Positions 1 through 10,194 of a stretch of DNA of 64,000 nucleotides are shown in pieces; positions within the stretch are counted from its first letter, which is position 1; every line of letters starts with the position of its first letter. The translations under genes were made by a program, and so were the position numbers. The notes under the pieces were generated by a model that was given only the letters and a program-made list of their open reading frames with translations, was not told the origin of the DNA and made no database searches. Origin of the DNA: Dehalococcoidia bacterium (GTDB lineage Bacteria; Chloroflexota; Dehalococcoidia; Lucifugimonadales; UBA3495); assembly GCA_965237745.1 (NCBI GenBank), contig CBDEGL010000003.1, positions 13,470 to 77,469 on the forward strand. The letters are read 5' to 3'.

Positions 1-838
1 CGCCATTGTCCCCGGTCACCCCGCTGTAATACGCTTTAACCGGAACACCTTGCGCATTGAGCCAGTCGGCCACGTGCCGCGCATCTCGCTTGGTCAGCGT
101 ATAGATTATCCCCGTTCCAGGCAGGTCGTTAATGTGCTCTGCGAGCCAGGCCAATCGGGCGGCGGGAGTCGGCATCACAATTGTCTGCAACGCCAGGGAA
201 CGGCGCATCAATGGCCCACGCTGGATCAACACATTTCCAAGCTGTTCTTGAACATCCTGTATCACCCGATTATTTGCCGTCGCAGTCGTACCCAATACGG
301 GCAAGTTCGGCCGCATACGTGCCAAGACGCTGGCAATTCTCCGGTAATCAGGACGAAAATCATGCCCCCAGTCAGAGATACAGTGGGCCTCATCCACGAC
401 CAACAAACCTACCCGCTGCCCCAAGGGCAAAAGCACATCCTCAACAAATTTGTCGTTTGCTAACCGTTCGGGCGAGATAAGCAAAATATCTGCTTCCCCC
501 GTCAGGATGGCTTGTTGCGCTGCCGGCCATTGACTTGGGTTGTCCGACGTAATGCTAACTGCTCGGATACCAAGCCCCTCAGCCGCATCAACCTGATTGC
601 GCATCAGCGCCAACAACGGCGATACAATCAGCGTCGGGCCCTGCCCCTGGTCCCGCAAAATCCTGGCCGAGATAAAGTAGACGACGCTCTTACCCCAGCC
701 GGTGCGCTCCACTACGAGCCTCCGCTCCCCCCGATTCACCAGAGCATCGATGGCCTCCCATTGACCCTCCCGGAAATCAGCATCCTGGTCCCCAAGGCCA
801 TCCCTGAGCAGCTGCAACGCTTCCGACTTACTAGCCAT
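1..838 (-). CDS. RecQ-family ATP-dependent DNA helicase (N-terminal part, runs off the window)
   Basis: Hand translation of the minus strand from ATG at 838: MASKSEAL...FREGQWEAI...RTGWGKS (Walker A)...VSPLLALM...SPERL...VVDEAHCISDWGHDFRPDY...TATA...GIIY; not in the ORF track because it is truncated. Confidence 0.92.
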   Translation of the reverse strand, partial: MASKSEALQLLRDGLGDQDADFREGQWEAIDALVNRGERRLVVERTGWGKSVVYFISARILRDQGQGPTLIVSPLLALMRNQVDAAEGLGIRAVSITSDNPSQWPAAQQAILTGEADILLISPERLANDKFVEDVLLPLGQRVGLLVVDEAHCISDWGHDFRPDYRRIASVLARMRPNLPVLGTTATANNRVIQDVQEQLGNVLIQRGPLMRRSLALQTIVMPTPAARLAWLAEHINDLPGTGIIYTLTKRDARHVADWLNAQGVPVKAYYSGVTGDNG

Positions 839-1096
839 GTCTACTTTCCTTTACGTTCCTCTGTTTTCTTGAGCTTCGGCGTCAAGTGTATCATCCGCCA
901 TCCCGAGACGACGAAGAAACCAACACCGCACAGGGGAGGAGTAAAAGCCAGGGTTGCAGGGGGCCGGGAGCGGCCGCCGTCATGTGTTGTAAACGGCGGA
1001 GTTAAAGTGGGCCGCGTGGGCGGAAGATTGCTGAGTATCGGCGACCAAATACTGTACCGCCTGCCATCATTCATAGGGTTATAGCCGACCCCATGG

Positions 1097-2608
1097 ATGG
1101 TGCGACGGATGTACAGAGTGGACGTATATCTGCGGGTCCGAAGGGCGGTGATGGTGGATGGGATGAGCCTGCGGGAAGCAGCCCGGACGTTTGGCCTGCA
1201 CCGGGACACCGTGCGCAAGATGCTGGCGTACTCCGTGCCGCCGGGGTACCGGAGACAGATCCCGCCCCGGCGTCCCAAGCTGGAGCCCTACACCGGCGTC
1301 ATCGACCGGATCCTGGAGGACGACCTCAGGCGTCCCAGGAAGCAGCGCCACACGGCCAAGCGCATCTTCGAGCGGCTCAGGGACGAGTACGGTTTCGACG
1401 GCGGATACACCACGGTCAAGGGCTGCGTCAGAGAGCATCGCCGTCAGACCAGGGAGATGTTCGTGCCGCTGTCCCATCCGCCGGGACAGGCCCAGTGCGA
1501 CTTCGGGGAGGCCCTGGTGGTCATCGGCGGCGTGGAGCGCAAGGCCCACTGCTTCGTCATCGACCTGCCCCACAGCGACGGCTGCTTCGTGAAGGCTTAC
1601 CCGGCGGAGACCACCGAGGCCTTCCTGGACGGCCATGTATCGGCGTTCTCCTTTCTGGGCGGAGTGCCCCGGAGCATCCTCTACGACAATACCAAGCTGG
1701 CCGTGGCGAAGATCCTGGGGGATGGCCGGCGTCAACGCACCCGCGCCTTCACCGAGCTGCAGTCCCACTACCTGTTCGAGGACCGGTTCGGCCGCCCCGG
1801 CAAGGGCAATGACAAAGGCAAGGTGGAGGGCCTGGTGGGGTACGCGCGCCGAAACTTCTTGGTGCCGGTGCCGTCCTTCGAGAGCTTCGATGCGCTCAAT
1901 GCCTACCTGGAGCGGCGATGCCTGGAACGAACGGACGCCCAGCTCAGGGGCCACACGGAGACCATCGGCCAGCGGATGGAGCGGGACCTGGACGCCCTGT
2001 TGCCGCTGCCGCCAGCAGCATACGACGCCTGCGAGAAGCAGGCGGGCCGGGTGAGTTCGCTGTCCCTGGTAAGGTACAGGACCAACGACTACTCGGTGCC
2101 GGTGGCCTACGGATACCGGGACGTGCTGGTTCGGGGCTACGTTGATGAGGTGGTCATCGGCTGCGGGTCCGAGGTCATCGCCAGACACATCCGTTCCTAT
2201 GAGCGGGACGATTTTGTCTACGACCCGATCCACTACCTGCCGCTCTTGGAGCGTAAGTCGGGAGCCTTGGATCAGGCCGCTCCGCTACAGGGCTGGGCTC
2301 TACCCGAGGAGTTCGGGACGCTGCGGCGTCTGCTGGAGTCCCGCATGGGACGGCGGGGTAAGCGGGAATACGTGCAGGTGCTCCGGCTGCTGGAGACCTT
2401 CTCCCAGCAGGAGGTGGCTGCAGCGGCAAAGGACGCCCTCCGGCTGGGGGCCATCAGCTTCGACGCCGTGAAACACCTGGTGCTGTGCCGGCTGGAGGGG
2501 CGGCCGCCCCGGCTGGATCTGGAGCTCTATCCCTACCTGCCACGAGTCCGGGTGAGCGCCACGTCCGCCGGGGACTACCTGACCTTGCTGTCGGGGAGAG
2601 CGGCATGA
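1097..2608 (+). CDS. istA: IS21 transposase IstA
   Basis: N-terminal HTH, AQCDFG, LYDNTK and KGKVEGLV DDE motifs; 503 aa. Confidence 0.95.
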   Translation: MVRRMYRVDVYLRVRRAVMVDGMSLREAARTFGLHRDTVRKMLAYSVPPGYRRQIPPRRPKLEPYTGVIDRILEDDLRRPRKQRHTAKRIFERLRDEYGFDGGYTTVKGCVREHRRQTREMFVPLSHPPGQAQCDFGEALVVIGGVERKAHCFVIDLPHSDGCFVKAYPAETTEAFLDGHVSAFSFLGGVPRSILYDNTKLAVAKILGDGRRQRTRAFTELQSHYLFEDRFGRPGKGNDKGKVEGLVGYARRNFLVPVPSFESFDALNAYLERRCLERTDAQLRGHTETIGQRMERDLDALLPLPPAAYDACEKQAGRVSSLSLVRYRTNDYSVPVAYGYRDVLVRGYVDEVVIGCGSEVIARHIRSYERDDFVYDPIHYLPLLERKSGALDQAAPLQGWALPEEFGTLRRLLESRMGRRGKREYVQVLRLLETFSQQEVAAAAKDALRLGAISFDAVKHLVLCRLEGRPPRLDLELYPYLPRVRVSATSAGDYLTLLSGRAA

Positions 2609-3388
2609 ACCACCGGTCGACGCTGCTATTGGAGCATCATCTGAAGGAGCTGAAGCTGCCCAGCTGTTCTCCGGGAATACGGGAAGCTGGCGGCCCAGTG
2701 CGCCGCCGAGGGTGTGGATCATCCCCGGTACCTGCTCAGACTGGCCGAGCTTGAGCTCATAGACCGGCACCAGCGCATGGTGGAGCGGCGGATCCGCGCC
2801 GCCCGCTTCCCCGCCGTAAAAAGCCTGGACACCTTCGACTTCCCGGCCATCCCGTCGCTGAACAAGGCACTGGTGATGGAACTGGCCCGCTGCGAATACA
2901 TCCAGCGCCGTGAAAACATCATCGCCGTCGGCAACAGCGGCACCGGCAAGACCTACGTGGCCCTGGGACTGGGTTTGGCCGCCTACCAGCGAGGGATGTT
3001 AGTGGGCTTCACCACGGCAGCCTCCCTGGTGCACGAGTTGCTGGAGGCCAGAGACGAGAGAAGGCTGCTCAATCTGCAGCGGCAACTGTCGCGGCTGGAT
3101 CTGCTGATCATCGACGAACTGGGCTTCGTCCCACTGTCCCGGACCGGGGCGGAACTGCTCTTCGAGGTCTTCAGCCAGCGCTACGAGCGGGGCTCCATCA
3201 TGGTGACCACCAATCTGCCCTTCGACGAATGGACCGAGGTCTTCGGCTCGGAGCGTCTCACCGGCGCGCTGCTGGACCGGCTCACCCACCACGTCCACAT
3301 CCTGGAGATGAACGGCGAAAGCTACCGCCTCAAGCGCAGCCGGGAGAACGCCGCGTCCCAAGCTCCAGACGATCGCGAGGAAGAATAG
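2605..3388 (+). pseudogene. istB: IS21 helper ATPase IstB, +1 frameshift near 2665
   Basis: ATGA overlap with istA; AGCTGTTCTCCGG here versus AGCTTCCTCCGG in the intact copy 2; GNSGTGKT and LLIIDELG in the downstream frame. Confidence 0.88.
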
Positions 3389-3520
3389 CGCGCACCGTCA
3401 ACGCTGTCTCTACCCGCTCCTTTAACGTCCCCACTCTGACCAATTTACTGGTGTCAGTCATCACGTCAGTGGTACACGATCACGCCGCCCCAGTGGCCCA
3501 CTTTCTCGGCGCCATTGACA

Positions 3521-3730
3521 CAAGACGTCGCCCTGCTCAAACTTGGCGTCCACCGACCTCCAGGCGTTGCGGGTCGCGACGCCTGCAACTCCGGAGACAT
3601 CGATGCCGGCGTGGATGTTGCGCTCCGGGACACCGGCCGCGAGCAGGTCGCGGCGCTGGGTCTCGGGGTTCATGCCGGGCCGGTCAGGTTCCTGATCCCT
3701 GATGGTGCGGATGTAGCCGTCCATCACCAT
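3521..3730 (-). pseudogene. Serine recombinase N-terminal fragment cut by the IS21 right end
   Basis: GYIRT...ETQRRDL..AGV..RNI...DVSG...R.AW...GDVL, then IS21 terminus. Confidence 0.7.
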
Positions 3731-4018
3731 GGAGCGTCATTGGCACAGGGCAGTGCCTTTTCTTCCTGCGACCGCCGTAGGCAGTTTCAGTGCTCTGGCC
3801 ATGATCTCATCGGCGCAGTGTTTGTAGTAAACACCGGCGTGGGCGGTCCTACCGAAGTCCCGACAACCTCGTTCTGCCAGTCCCGGTCCCTCGTTTCCAG
3901 TGCTTGGAGTCGAAATACCTTTTCCGCCACCCCCTGGCAAGGCTGATCTGTCACCATTTCCGCCAGTGGCGGAAATGGGGCGTTTTCCGCCACTGAACGG
4001 AAGTTCTCCAGTTCCTGT

Positions 4019-4531
4019 CTAGATCCCAAGATCCTGAACAGACCGACGCCACTCAAACCAGGCTTCAGTTCGTCGAATCATGGCCGGGCCATCATCCCAA
4101 TTTTCAAGGAACCTACCACACCAGTCTTTCCTCGCATCCCACAGTATCAGCTGACAAGCCCGCTCGCCGGGTTCTCCCGCCGCCCGCAGGTCCCGTTCCC
4201 ATTCCTCACAATCCCGCCATTCCTCCGGACACTGCTCAGGGGGGTGGAGAAACTCGCCGTCCTCGTCGACGCATTCGTCTCCGATTTCACTCTGGGCTCG
4301 CAGCCAATCCATAAGCAGAAACCGTTCCAGGAGGGCGGTCTTCTCGATGCTGCTGACCAGTCCCACTGCTTCCAGCCTTTCAAGAGCTTCCTCACTTTCC
4401 GCCGTCGAGCCGAACCCGCATTCCTCCGCAATCTGTTCTGCGGCAACTATCCCGTGTTCCTGCACCAGCAGCCACGCTGCCTTCGCCATGCCTCCAAGTC
4501 CTTGATCTGGGCTCCAATACCGCTCACACAT
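4019..4531 (-). CDS. Hypothetical acidic protein, possible winged helix
   Basis: 170-aa ORF with GGAGG upstream; AAEQIAEECG...EEALERLEAVGLV. Confidence 0.55.
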   Translation of the reverse strand: MCERYWSPDQGLGGMAKAAWLLVQEHGIVAAEQIAEECGFGSTAESEEALERLEAVGLVSSIEKTALLERFLLMDWLRAQSEIGDECVDEDGEFLHPPEQCPEEWRDCEEWERDLRAAGEPGERACQLILWDARKDWCGRFLENWDDGPAMIRRTEAWFEWRRSVQDLGI

Positions 4532-4552
4532 GGTCGCTGCCTCCTGGTGACC

Positions 4553-5082
4553 TTAAATGGGGTCACGATTACCGTACAGGGGGTTGCAGAACTGTGCTTC
4601 GTTGTTAGCGGGTGGAACCGGCACGGTCATTGGCATCGGCACCCCGGTGGGCCGCGACGTTGAGGTTGACCGGGCGGTGGCTGTGCGCTTGGGATCCGGC
4701 GGTGGTGGTGTCGTTGCCGTCGGGATTGCCCTCAGTGTGGCGGTCGGCGAGGAGACCGGGGTCGGCGTGGCGGTCGGCCGGGAGGTCGAAGCCGGCACGG
4801 GAGCCTGGCCCTCCGTTGGCGACGGGGTCGGTGACTCTTTCGCCGTCGCAACCGCCGTCGGCGGCAGTCCGGGAGTTGGGGGCGGATCCAGCACAGTGGG
4901 CCGGACAGATGTCGCCGTGGGGTCGGCCACCGGAGTGGTGGTAAGCGTCCGGGCTGGCTCACCAGGGAGAGGGACAGCGGTGGCCGGGGTGCCGGTTCAC
5001 CGCCGCCTGCAGCTGCAAATGCCAGGGCGACAGACACATCCAGGAAAACAACGGATGCCACACGCTCCTCCCGGAGTTTCAT
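4553..5082 (-). pseudogene. Pro/Thr-rich exported-protein remnant
   Basis: Hydrophobic N-terminal stretch in one frame and a PTPSPT/PTATPT linker in another; no domain follows. Confidence 0.35.
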
Positions 5083-5350
5083 CGTCTGCGCGCTGGAGGC
5101 CTTCGAGATCCCGGGCGAGCGCCCGGCGGAACCTATCCATGGGCGGGGTTGGTGGCGGCGATCCGGACACCCCGATATGACGGATGTGCTCACGTCGGCA
5201 GGGCTACCATGACCAACTCTGCCGACACGACCATCAGGGCCTTGGACAAGCTGGAGATCCTCAGGAGCCTGAGCTCCGCTGCGTTCAGCGACGCAGCACC
5301 GTTCCGCCATCCTTGGGCGGAAACAACCGGCCCCTCGGACTCGTCTGCCC

Positions 5351-6697
5351 TTAACCTGCGCCAGTACCAGGCCGCGCCGGTGAACCTCCATGGCCTGGGG
5401 TCTGCCCCTCCTCCGTTCGGGCCAAGCGCCCCAGTATCCTCCTGATGAGTGAGTCGGTTTCCGCAGCTCCAACGAACCGGCACCCATGCCTCCTGGCCGA
5501 CAGCGCCACGGTCTCCCTCCCCAGCATGACCGGGTCGCAGACCAGTTGCCCCGGTCTGGCCAGCCGCCGCACCAGTGCCTCCAGGCCCTCCAACAGCAAC
5601 TCAGTGTCGCTCCTTCGCGGTGACTCGCCGCGGTGCGGTTCCTCGATGAAGTCGCTCCCCTCAGGCAGTCTGCACCCGGGCTTCCCGTACAGAAGTATGG
5701 GGAGCCTGTTCTTTACAGCTCTGTGGGGATGCCCCATGCGGACAGGCCGGCTGGGTTGGCGGTAGTCGAACTCGGTGATCCAGTCCAGACCCTGGACATC
5801 CAATTGTTTGAGGATCTGCGGCAGATATTCGGCGTTCACCATCACCGCCATCAGACCACCGGGAGCGAGAGCGTGAAGGCCGAACTCGGCCAGCGCGCCA
5901 AACCGTCCCACCCATCCATTGACGAGCGGCGGAAAAGTCGCGATCAGGTCCACGCTCTCCGCATCCACCATAGGGCGCAGGTCCTCCAGTTGGCTGCACA
6001 CCACTCGGAGCGTTTCGTACATGGGCAGGGAAAGCACCGCCTCGGCCGCCTCTGCGTCGGCCTTGTCTTCCATTTCGGCCTCTATCTGCCTGACGCCGGC
6101 GCGGACCGTCCTGACCTGCCCCTTCAGCTTTCGTTCCACGGCCTGCCTCTGCACTTCAGCAGGCCGGTTGACGATTCGGGATGCGTCGGAAAATTTGATT
6201 CGCCATTCCAATACCGACTGGCGCAGTTCGGGAACGGCCGGGCCGTTTTCAATCAGAACTCTCCTGGCATGCTTGATCTTCGATTCGCTGATGCCAAAGG
6301 TGTCCGACGCCTCCCTCACCGTCAGAAAATCAGGTAAATTTACCTCGTTTTCGTCAGGGATTCTGGGCCTGCCGGGAGTTGAGCCCTCGGAGAACAGGAA
6401 CGCGGTCACCGTCTTGTCGTCCGCGCTATTGTCCCTGAGGTCAACGTTATGGGCTGCGACGAAACGCTTCAGGTCCACGTCCGCTCCGATTTCAGTGAAT
6501 CGGGGTTCCAGGCCCAGCTCGATGCAGGCCTTGAGACGGTGGACTCCGTCGTAGACGATCCCATCTCTGCGGGCGATGGGAACCTGTTGACCATCCGTGG
6601 CGATGCTCCGCTTCAATCTCGCATAGGCCGCGGCCGACAGGGGCGCGAACCTGCGCGCCAAGGGGCTGATCTGATATCCATGCAGTATGTCGGTCAA
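5351..6697 (-). CDS. ParB-N/HTH fused to a degenerate N6/N4 DNA methyltransferase-like domain
   Basis: AGGAGGAG then TTG at 6697; LKRSIATDGQQVPI...YDGVHRLKAC (ParB-N); ESVDLIATFPPL, LAPGG and PGQLVCDPVMLG (MTase fold). Confidence 0.75.
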   Translation of the reverse strand: MTDILHGYQISPLARRFAPLSAAAYARLKRSIATDGQQVPIARRDGIVYDGVHRLKACIELGLEPRFTEIGADVDLKRFVAAHNVDLRDNSADDKTVTAFLFSEGSTPGRPRIPDENEVNLPDFLTVREASDTFGISESKIKHARRVLIENGPAVPELRQSVLEWRIKFSDASRIVNRPAEVQRQAVERKLKGQVRTVRAGVRQIEAEMEDKADAEAAEAVLSLPMYETLRVVCSQLEDLRPMVDAESVDLIATFPPLVNGWVGRFGALAEFGLHALAPGGLMAVMVNAEYLPQILKQLDVQGLDWITEFDYRQPSRPVRMGHPHRAVKNRLPILLYGKPGCRLPEGSDFIEEPHRGESPRRSDTELLLEGLEALVRRLARPGQLVCDPVMLGRETVALSARRHGCRFVGAAETDSLIRRILGRLARTEEGQTPGHGGSPARPGTGAG

Positions 6698-6804
6698 GGT
6701 TCTCCTCCTCGTCCAAGGTCTTGATGTTTCCCATGATGACGACTCTAGCCCCCAGTTTTCGCTCGCTCTTTGTTGCCAGTCCAGGGGTCCACCTCGTCCG
6801 GGCC

Positions 6805-7173
6805 TCAATCCTCGTCCCGGTTCGTCAGGTCCGCGACCCGGACGAACACCGGCCACCGGTAGGCTCTAACGTCCGGAGGCACAAACCGCCCCATCCGGCG
6901 GCGGCGGGCCCTGCTCTTCCACCCACCAAACCGAGCCTCGGCGTCCAGCTGGGCTGCGTCATCCGCGGCGTGGTCCAGACGGTACTCTACCTGCTCACGT
7001 CGCTCGGGTGGCTCTTGGTCATCCTCCAGTCCGTACTCAAAGTCGCCTTCGTCAGGATCATAGTCGGGATCCGCGAGGCGATACCAGGGTACCTCATCAA
7101 CCTGAATCTCCTCGTACTGCTCGTCCTGGTAGTCGTTGTTTTCTCCACCCCAGTAATCCAATCTTTCCGCCAT
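6805..7173 (-). CDS. Hypothetical very acidic protein
   Basis: GGAGGT RBS, ATG 7173, D/E/Y-rich 122 aa with a basic tail. Confidence 0.55.
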   Translation of the reverse strand: MAERLDYWGGENNDYQDEQYEEIQVDEVPWYRLADPDYDPDEGDFEYGLEDDQEPPERREQVEYRLDHAADDAAQLDAEARFGGWKSRARRRRMGRFVPPDVRAYRWPVFVRVADLTNRDED

Positions 7174-7293
7174 GTGCCACCTCCTCTCCTGATTGTGCAA
7201 CGGAGGGGGATACCCAGGCTTTGCGGTTTTCCGCGCTAACCGCAAAGCTTGGGTTCTCCGTCATTGATATCCTGTAGAAATAGGAGGTGACAT

Positions 7294-9192
7294 ATGGTGA
7301 TGGAACCTATGTCCGAGAGGACTGCCGCGGTGGGAAACTGCCTATTCTGTACAGTGCTCCCCAGCGCCCATCTGGTGGTTACCGTTGGCGGGTTGTCCAA
7401 GGACCAGGTGAAGCGCGGGTTGCGCGACCTGAAAGAGAGGGAATTTGTGGAGATCCACGAAATGGGAGCCCTCCTGCCGCCCGTTCCCGTGGTCGCTTGG
7501 ACGGAGCGGGGCCTGGACCATTTCGAGGCCACCGAGTGGCAGAGGGGCTGGTGTGGGGCCGACGGCCAGGGCAATCTGGCCCTCCACGATTCTGCCAAGG
7601 TGGAGGCGGTGAAGGGTGTTGCGCCCCTCTATGCGTCCGGAGGGTGGACACTGCAGCGAATCTTCTTCTTCGAACGGCAGCCGATGATCGCGGCCGCGGA
7701 GTACCGACACCCGGACCACCACGCTCCGGCGTACATAGTCTTCTGCTGGGTGTCCATGCTGGAGAACCAGCGTGAGCTGTTCGAGAGGATGCAGGCCATC
7801 GAGGAGGCCATGCAGGCCGTGTCCGTGGACCCAGACAACACATTCTGGCCCGCCGGCATCGCCCTCCTGGCTGCCAGCGAGTGGGGTGCGGCGCGGGCTT
7901 TGTGCCTGGCCCCTGCCGCCCTCGACGGGTGGGTGCATCGTGGTAGCGTTGCGGGGTGGTACCACGGCAGCGGCGGATGGCACTTGTCCGACGCCCTCTC
8001 GACCCGGACCGGCGAACCGCCGGAGGGAATGCCCCCGCTCCTGGATCCGCTATGCGAACTGCGGCCCCCGCTCAGCACCAGGAGGCTGGGGAGACGGAAA
8101 CTGGAGACTATTCTGACCGGCAGTCTCTGGGCCGGTCGCGGTGGCCACAAGCTCGTCGAGCTGCTGACCCTGGTGGCCATCTGCCCCTGCGGCTCCGTCG
8201 CTCACTATCAGCGCCTGGTGGGCGAGAGACCGGGAGTGATGGACACCAGGAAGCGGCTGAAGCGCCTGGAGAAAATGGGGCTGATCGAGATCGTGACCAA
8301 GCGCGGCCGGACCAAGAGGCGCAGGCGCTGGCCGAGGGACGTCCCGGTTACGCTCTCTGAGCGCCGCCAGGGGGCGCATCGCTATGCCGCGACGCTGGCC
8401 GGCCGGGTCCAGTTCTGCTATGTCCACGGGGGAAGGCCGGAGGACCTCTACCGCAGGACCAAGCTGGGCCGCCTCACGACCTTGGTCCGCCAGAAGGTGT
8501 TGCTCCATCTCCTGGCGCTGTCCTGGATGGTCCACATCCTGTATGCCCCCGGAGTGCGCCCGGTGGATCTTTCCGACCTTGCCACGCTGGACCACAACTG
8601 GAAGAAACTCCGCCCGGGGGCACTGGTCCATCTCCTGACGCTGTCCTGCGTGGTCCACCTCAACCATGCCCCCGGGCGAGCGTCGGCGGATGCCTTCAGT
8701 CTGGCCGAGCTGGCCCGCATCTGGACTCAGCTCCGCGAGGGCATGGTCGAGGACCGCTGGCTCTACCAGCACGAGGACATCGTGCACGAGATCTTTGGCC
8801 AGCTCCGCGAGCATGGTTGCGCCTTTGATCCCGGCTGGCAGGCCTGGACCACCCTGGCGGACGGGCGGCGCATCGAGCCGGACGGCGTGATTCGCGTGGA
8901 GACACCGTGGGGGCAATGGTGGTGCTACCTGGAGGTCGAGCTTTCCGACCGGACCTACGAGGACGTACTGCCGCGGTGCGAAAAGTACGGGTCGCCGAAT
9001 CGCTTGGACAATCTGCCGGTTCTCATCGCATGCCGCGATGACCAGGCCGAGGAAAATTTCCACCTGGCCGCGGCCGACTCGGAGCTCCCTCCGAGGATGC
9101 TCACCACGACCCTGAGACGGTTGCAGGAGGGCGGAATGTTCGGCCCCGGGGTGTGGTCCCGCTACGGCCGGCGGGTCACCCTGGCTCCATGA
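7294..9192 (+). CDS. Winged-helix + PD-(D/E)xK protein, replication-relaxation (Replic_Relax)-like
   Basis: AGGAGGT RBS; RKRLKRLEKMGLIE wing; C-terminal HE...IEPDG...YLEVELS...EKY...LPVLI. Confidence 0.65.
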   Translation: MVMEPMSERTAAVGNCLFCTVLPSAHLVVTVGGLSKDQVKRGLRDLKEREFVEIHEMGALLPPVPVVAWTERGLDHFEATEWQRGWCGADGQGNLALHDSAKVEAVKGVAPLYASGGWTLQRIFFFERQPMIAAAEYRHPDHHAPAYIVFCWVSMLENQRELFERMQAIEEAMQAVSVDPDNTFWPAGIALLAASEWGAARALCLAPAALDGWVHRGSVAGWYHGSGGWHLSDALSTRTGEPPEGMPPLLDPLCELRPPLSTRRLGRRKLETILTGSLWAGRGGHKLVELLTLVAICPCGSVAHYQRLVGERPGVMDTRKRLKRLEKMGLIEIVTKRGRTKRRRRWPRDVPVTLSERRQGAHRYAATLAGRVQFCYVHGGRPEDLYRRTKLGRLTTLVRQKVLLHLLALSWMVHILYAPGVRPVDLSDLATLDHNWKKLRPGALVHLLTLSCVVHLNHAPGRASADAFSLAELARIWTQLREGMVEDRWLYQHEDIVHEIFGQLREHGCAFDPGWQAWTTLADGRRIEPDGVIRVETPWGQWWCYLEVELSDRTYEDVLPRCEKYGSPNRLDNLPVLIACRDDQAEENFHLAAADSELPPRMLTTTLRRLQEGGMFGPGVWSRYGRRVTLAP

Positions 9193-9484
9193 GCCTCCGG
9201 ACGATACCACGTCGGCATCAGGACCGCCCTTTCCTACTGGGCACTGGGTGAGGGACGGGGCAGCAACCCACGGGTATACCTCTGTTACAGAAACCATAGC
9301 TAAACGGTGGTCTACCTTGGTGAGGCACGGGGCAGCCCCGTCAGGGGCCGAATTCGCCCTCCTTAGGGGGCCCTCCGGGGGGCCCTGACCGACGTCAGGC
9401 GGGTCGGGCGGCTCTCGGCACCACTGCCCCTGGTGCAGTGGCCATTGCGGCCGGCGGCCGTGGCCTCCGGGGCCGGCTCAAGAA

Positions 9485-10035
9485 AAGCGGAGGTCACTTT
9501 CGTGCCGATCGGCACGATAATCAGGGACATTGGGGCCGGGGCCGGCAGTCGGACATTTGTCTGACCCTGGGGGGATGAACTTGGTTGGCGACGACCCTTG
9601 CTGCTCCCGCAGCCGCATGAGCAGCCGGCTGAACCCCTTGCCTTCGGGGAGTTCCGTCAATATGGTTCCGGTGATTCTGGCCACCGATGCGTGCGGCTGC
9701 ACGGCCCGTTCGACCAATACGGTCCCACCGGCGTCTCCGTTCTCGACGGTCTGGGACTTGACCCAGCCGATGATCTCCCGGCCCAGGGTGATCGGCACCG
9801 TCTCCAGGTGGCCGGCCCTCGGATCGGCCCTCCTTTCCACTGCCGGCTCGTCGTCCAGTTCGAGGTCCTCGGGGTCGCCTTGCGCTCCCGCCACTGCGGG
9901 GGTGCCAAAGACTTCTGCCTTGGCGGCGTTCCGGCCCCGGGTAGATCCCCGCGTCTGCGGAAGAGTGCCTGGGCCACGGCGCCGGTGGCGTCGTCCACGG
10001 CGAGGAGCAGTACCAGTTTCGGTCCACGATCCTCC
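9485..10035 (-). pseudogene. Degenerate IS1202/IS481-like transposase remnant
   Basis: KLVLLLAVDDATGAVAQALFR matches the 53.5-55.1 kb transposase; GTCACTTT/GGACATT end-like motifs at 9.49-9.56 kb. Confidence 0.5.
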
Positions 10036-10194
10036 ACCCACGCGCAGCGATGTCGTCGTTCACATGTCCGTTCATGATGTCGGCACCGATGGTGATGCCG
10101 CCGAGGTCGTGCTCGACCATCCCGGATCACCGACACCGGATGCCATTGCGCCGCGCCGCCGGGAGGGCTCAGGGCGGCCCCTCCCGGATCACCG

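Larger units (their letters stand above)
988..3520 (+). mobile_element. IS21-family insertion sequence, copy 1
   Basis: Ends TGTAAACGGCGG (988) and GCCATTGACA (3520) with internally repeated terminal motifs; istA-istB pair; no target duplication visible. Confidence 0.92.

Noticed and set aside
50-1084. Plus-strand ORFs in the track
   Set aside because: Shadows of the minus-strand RecQ gene.
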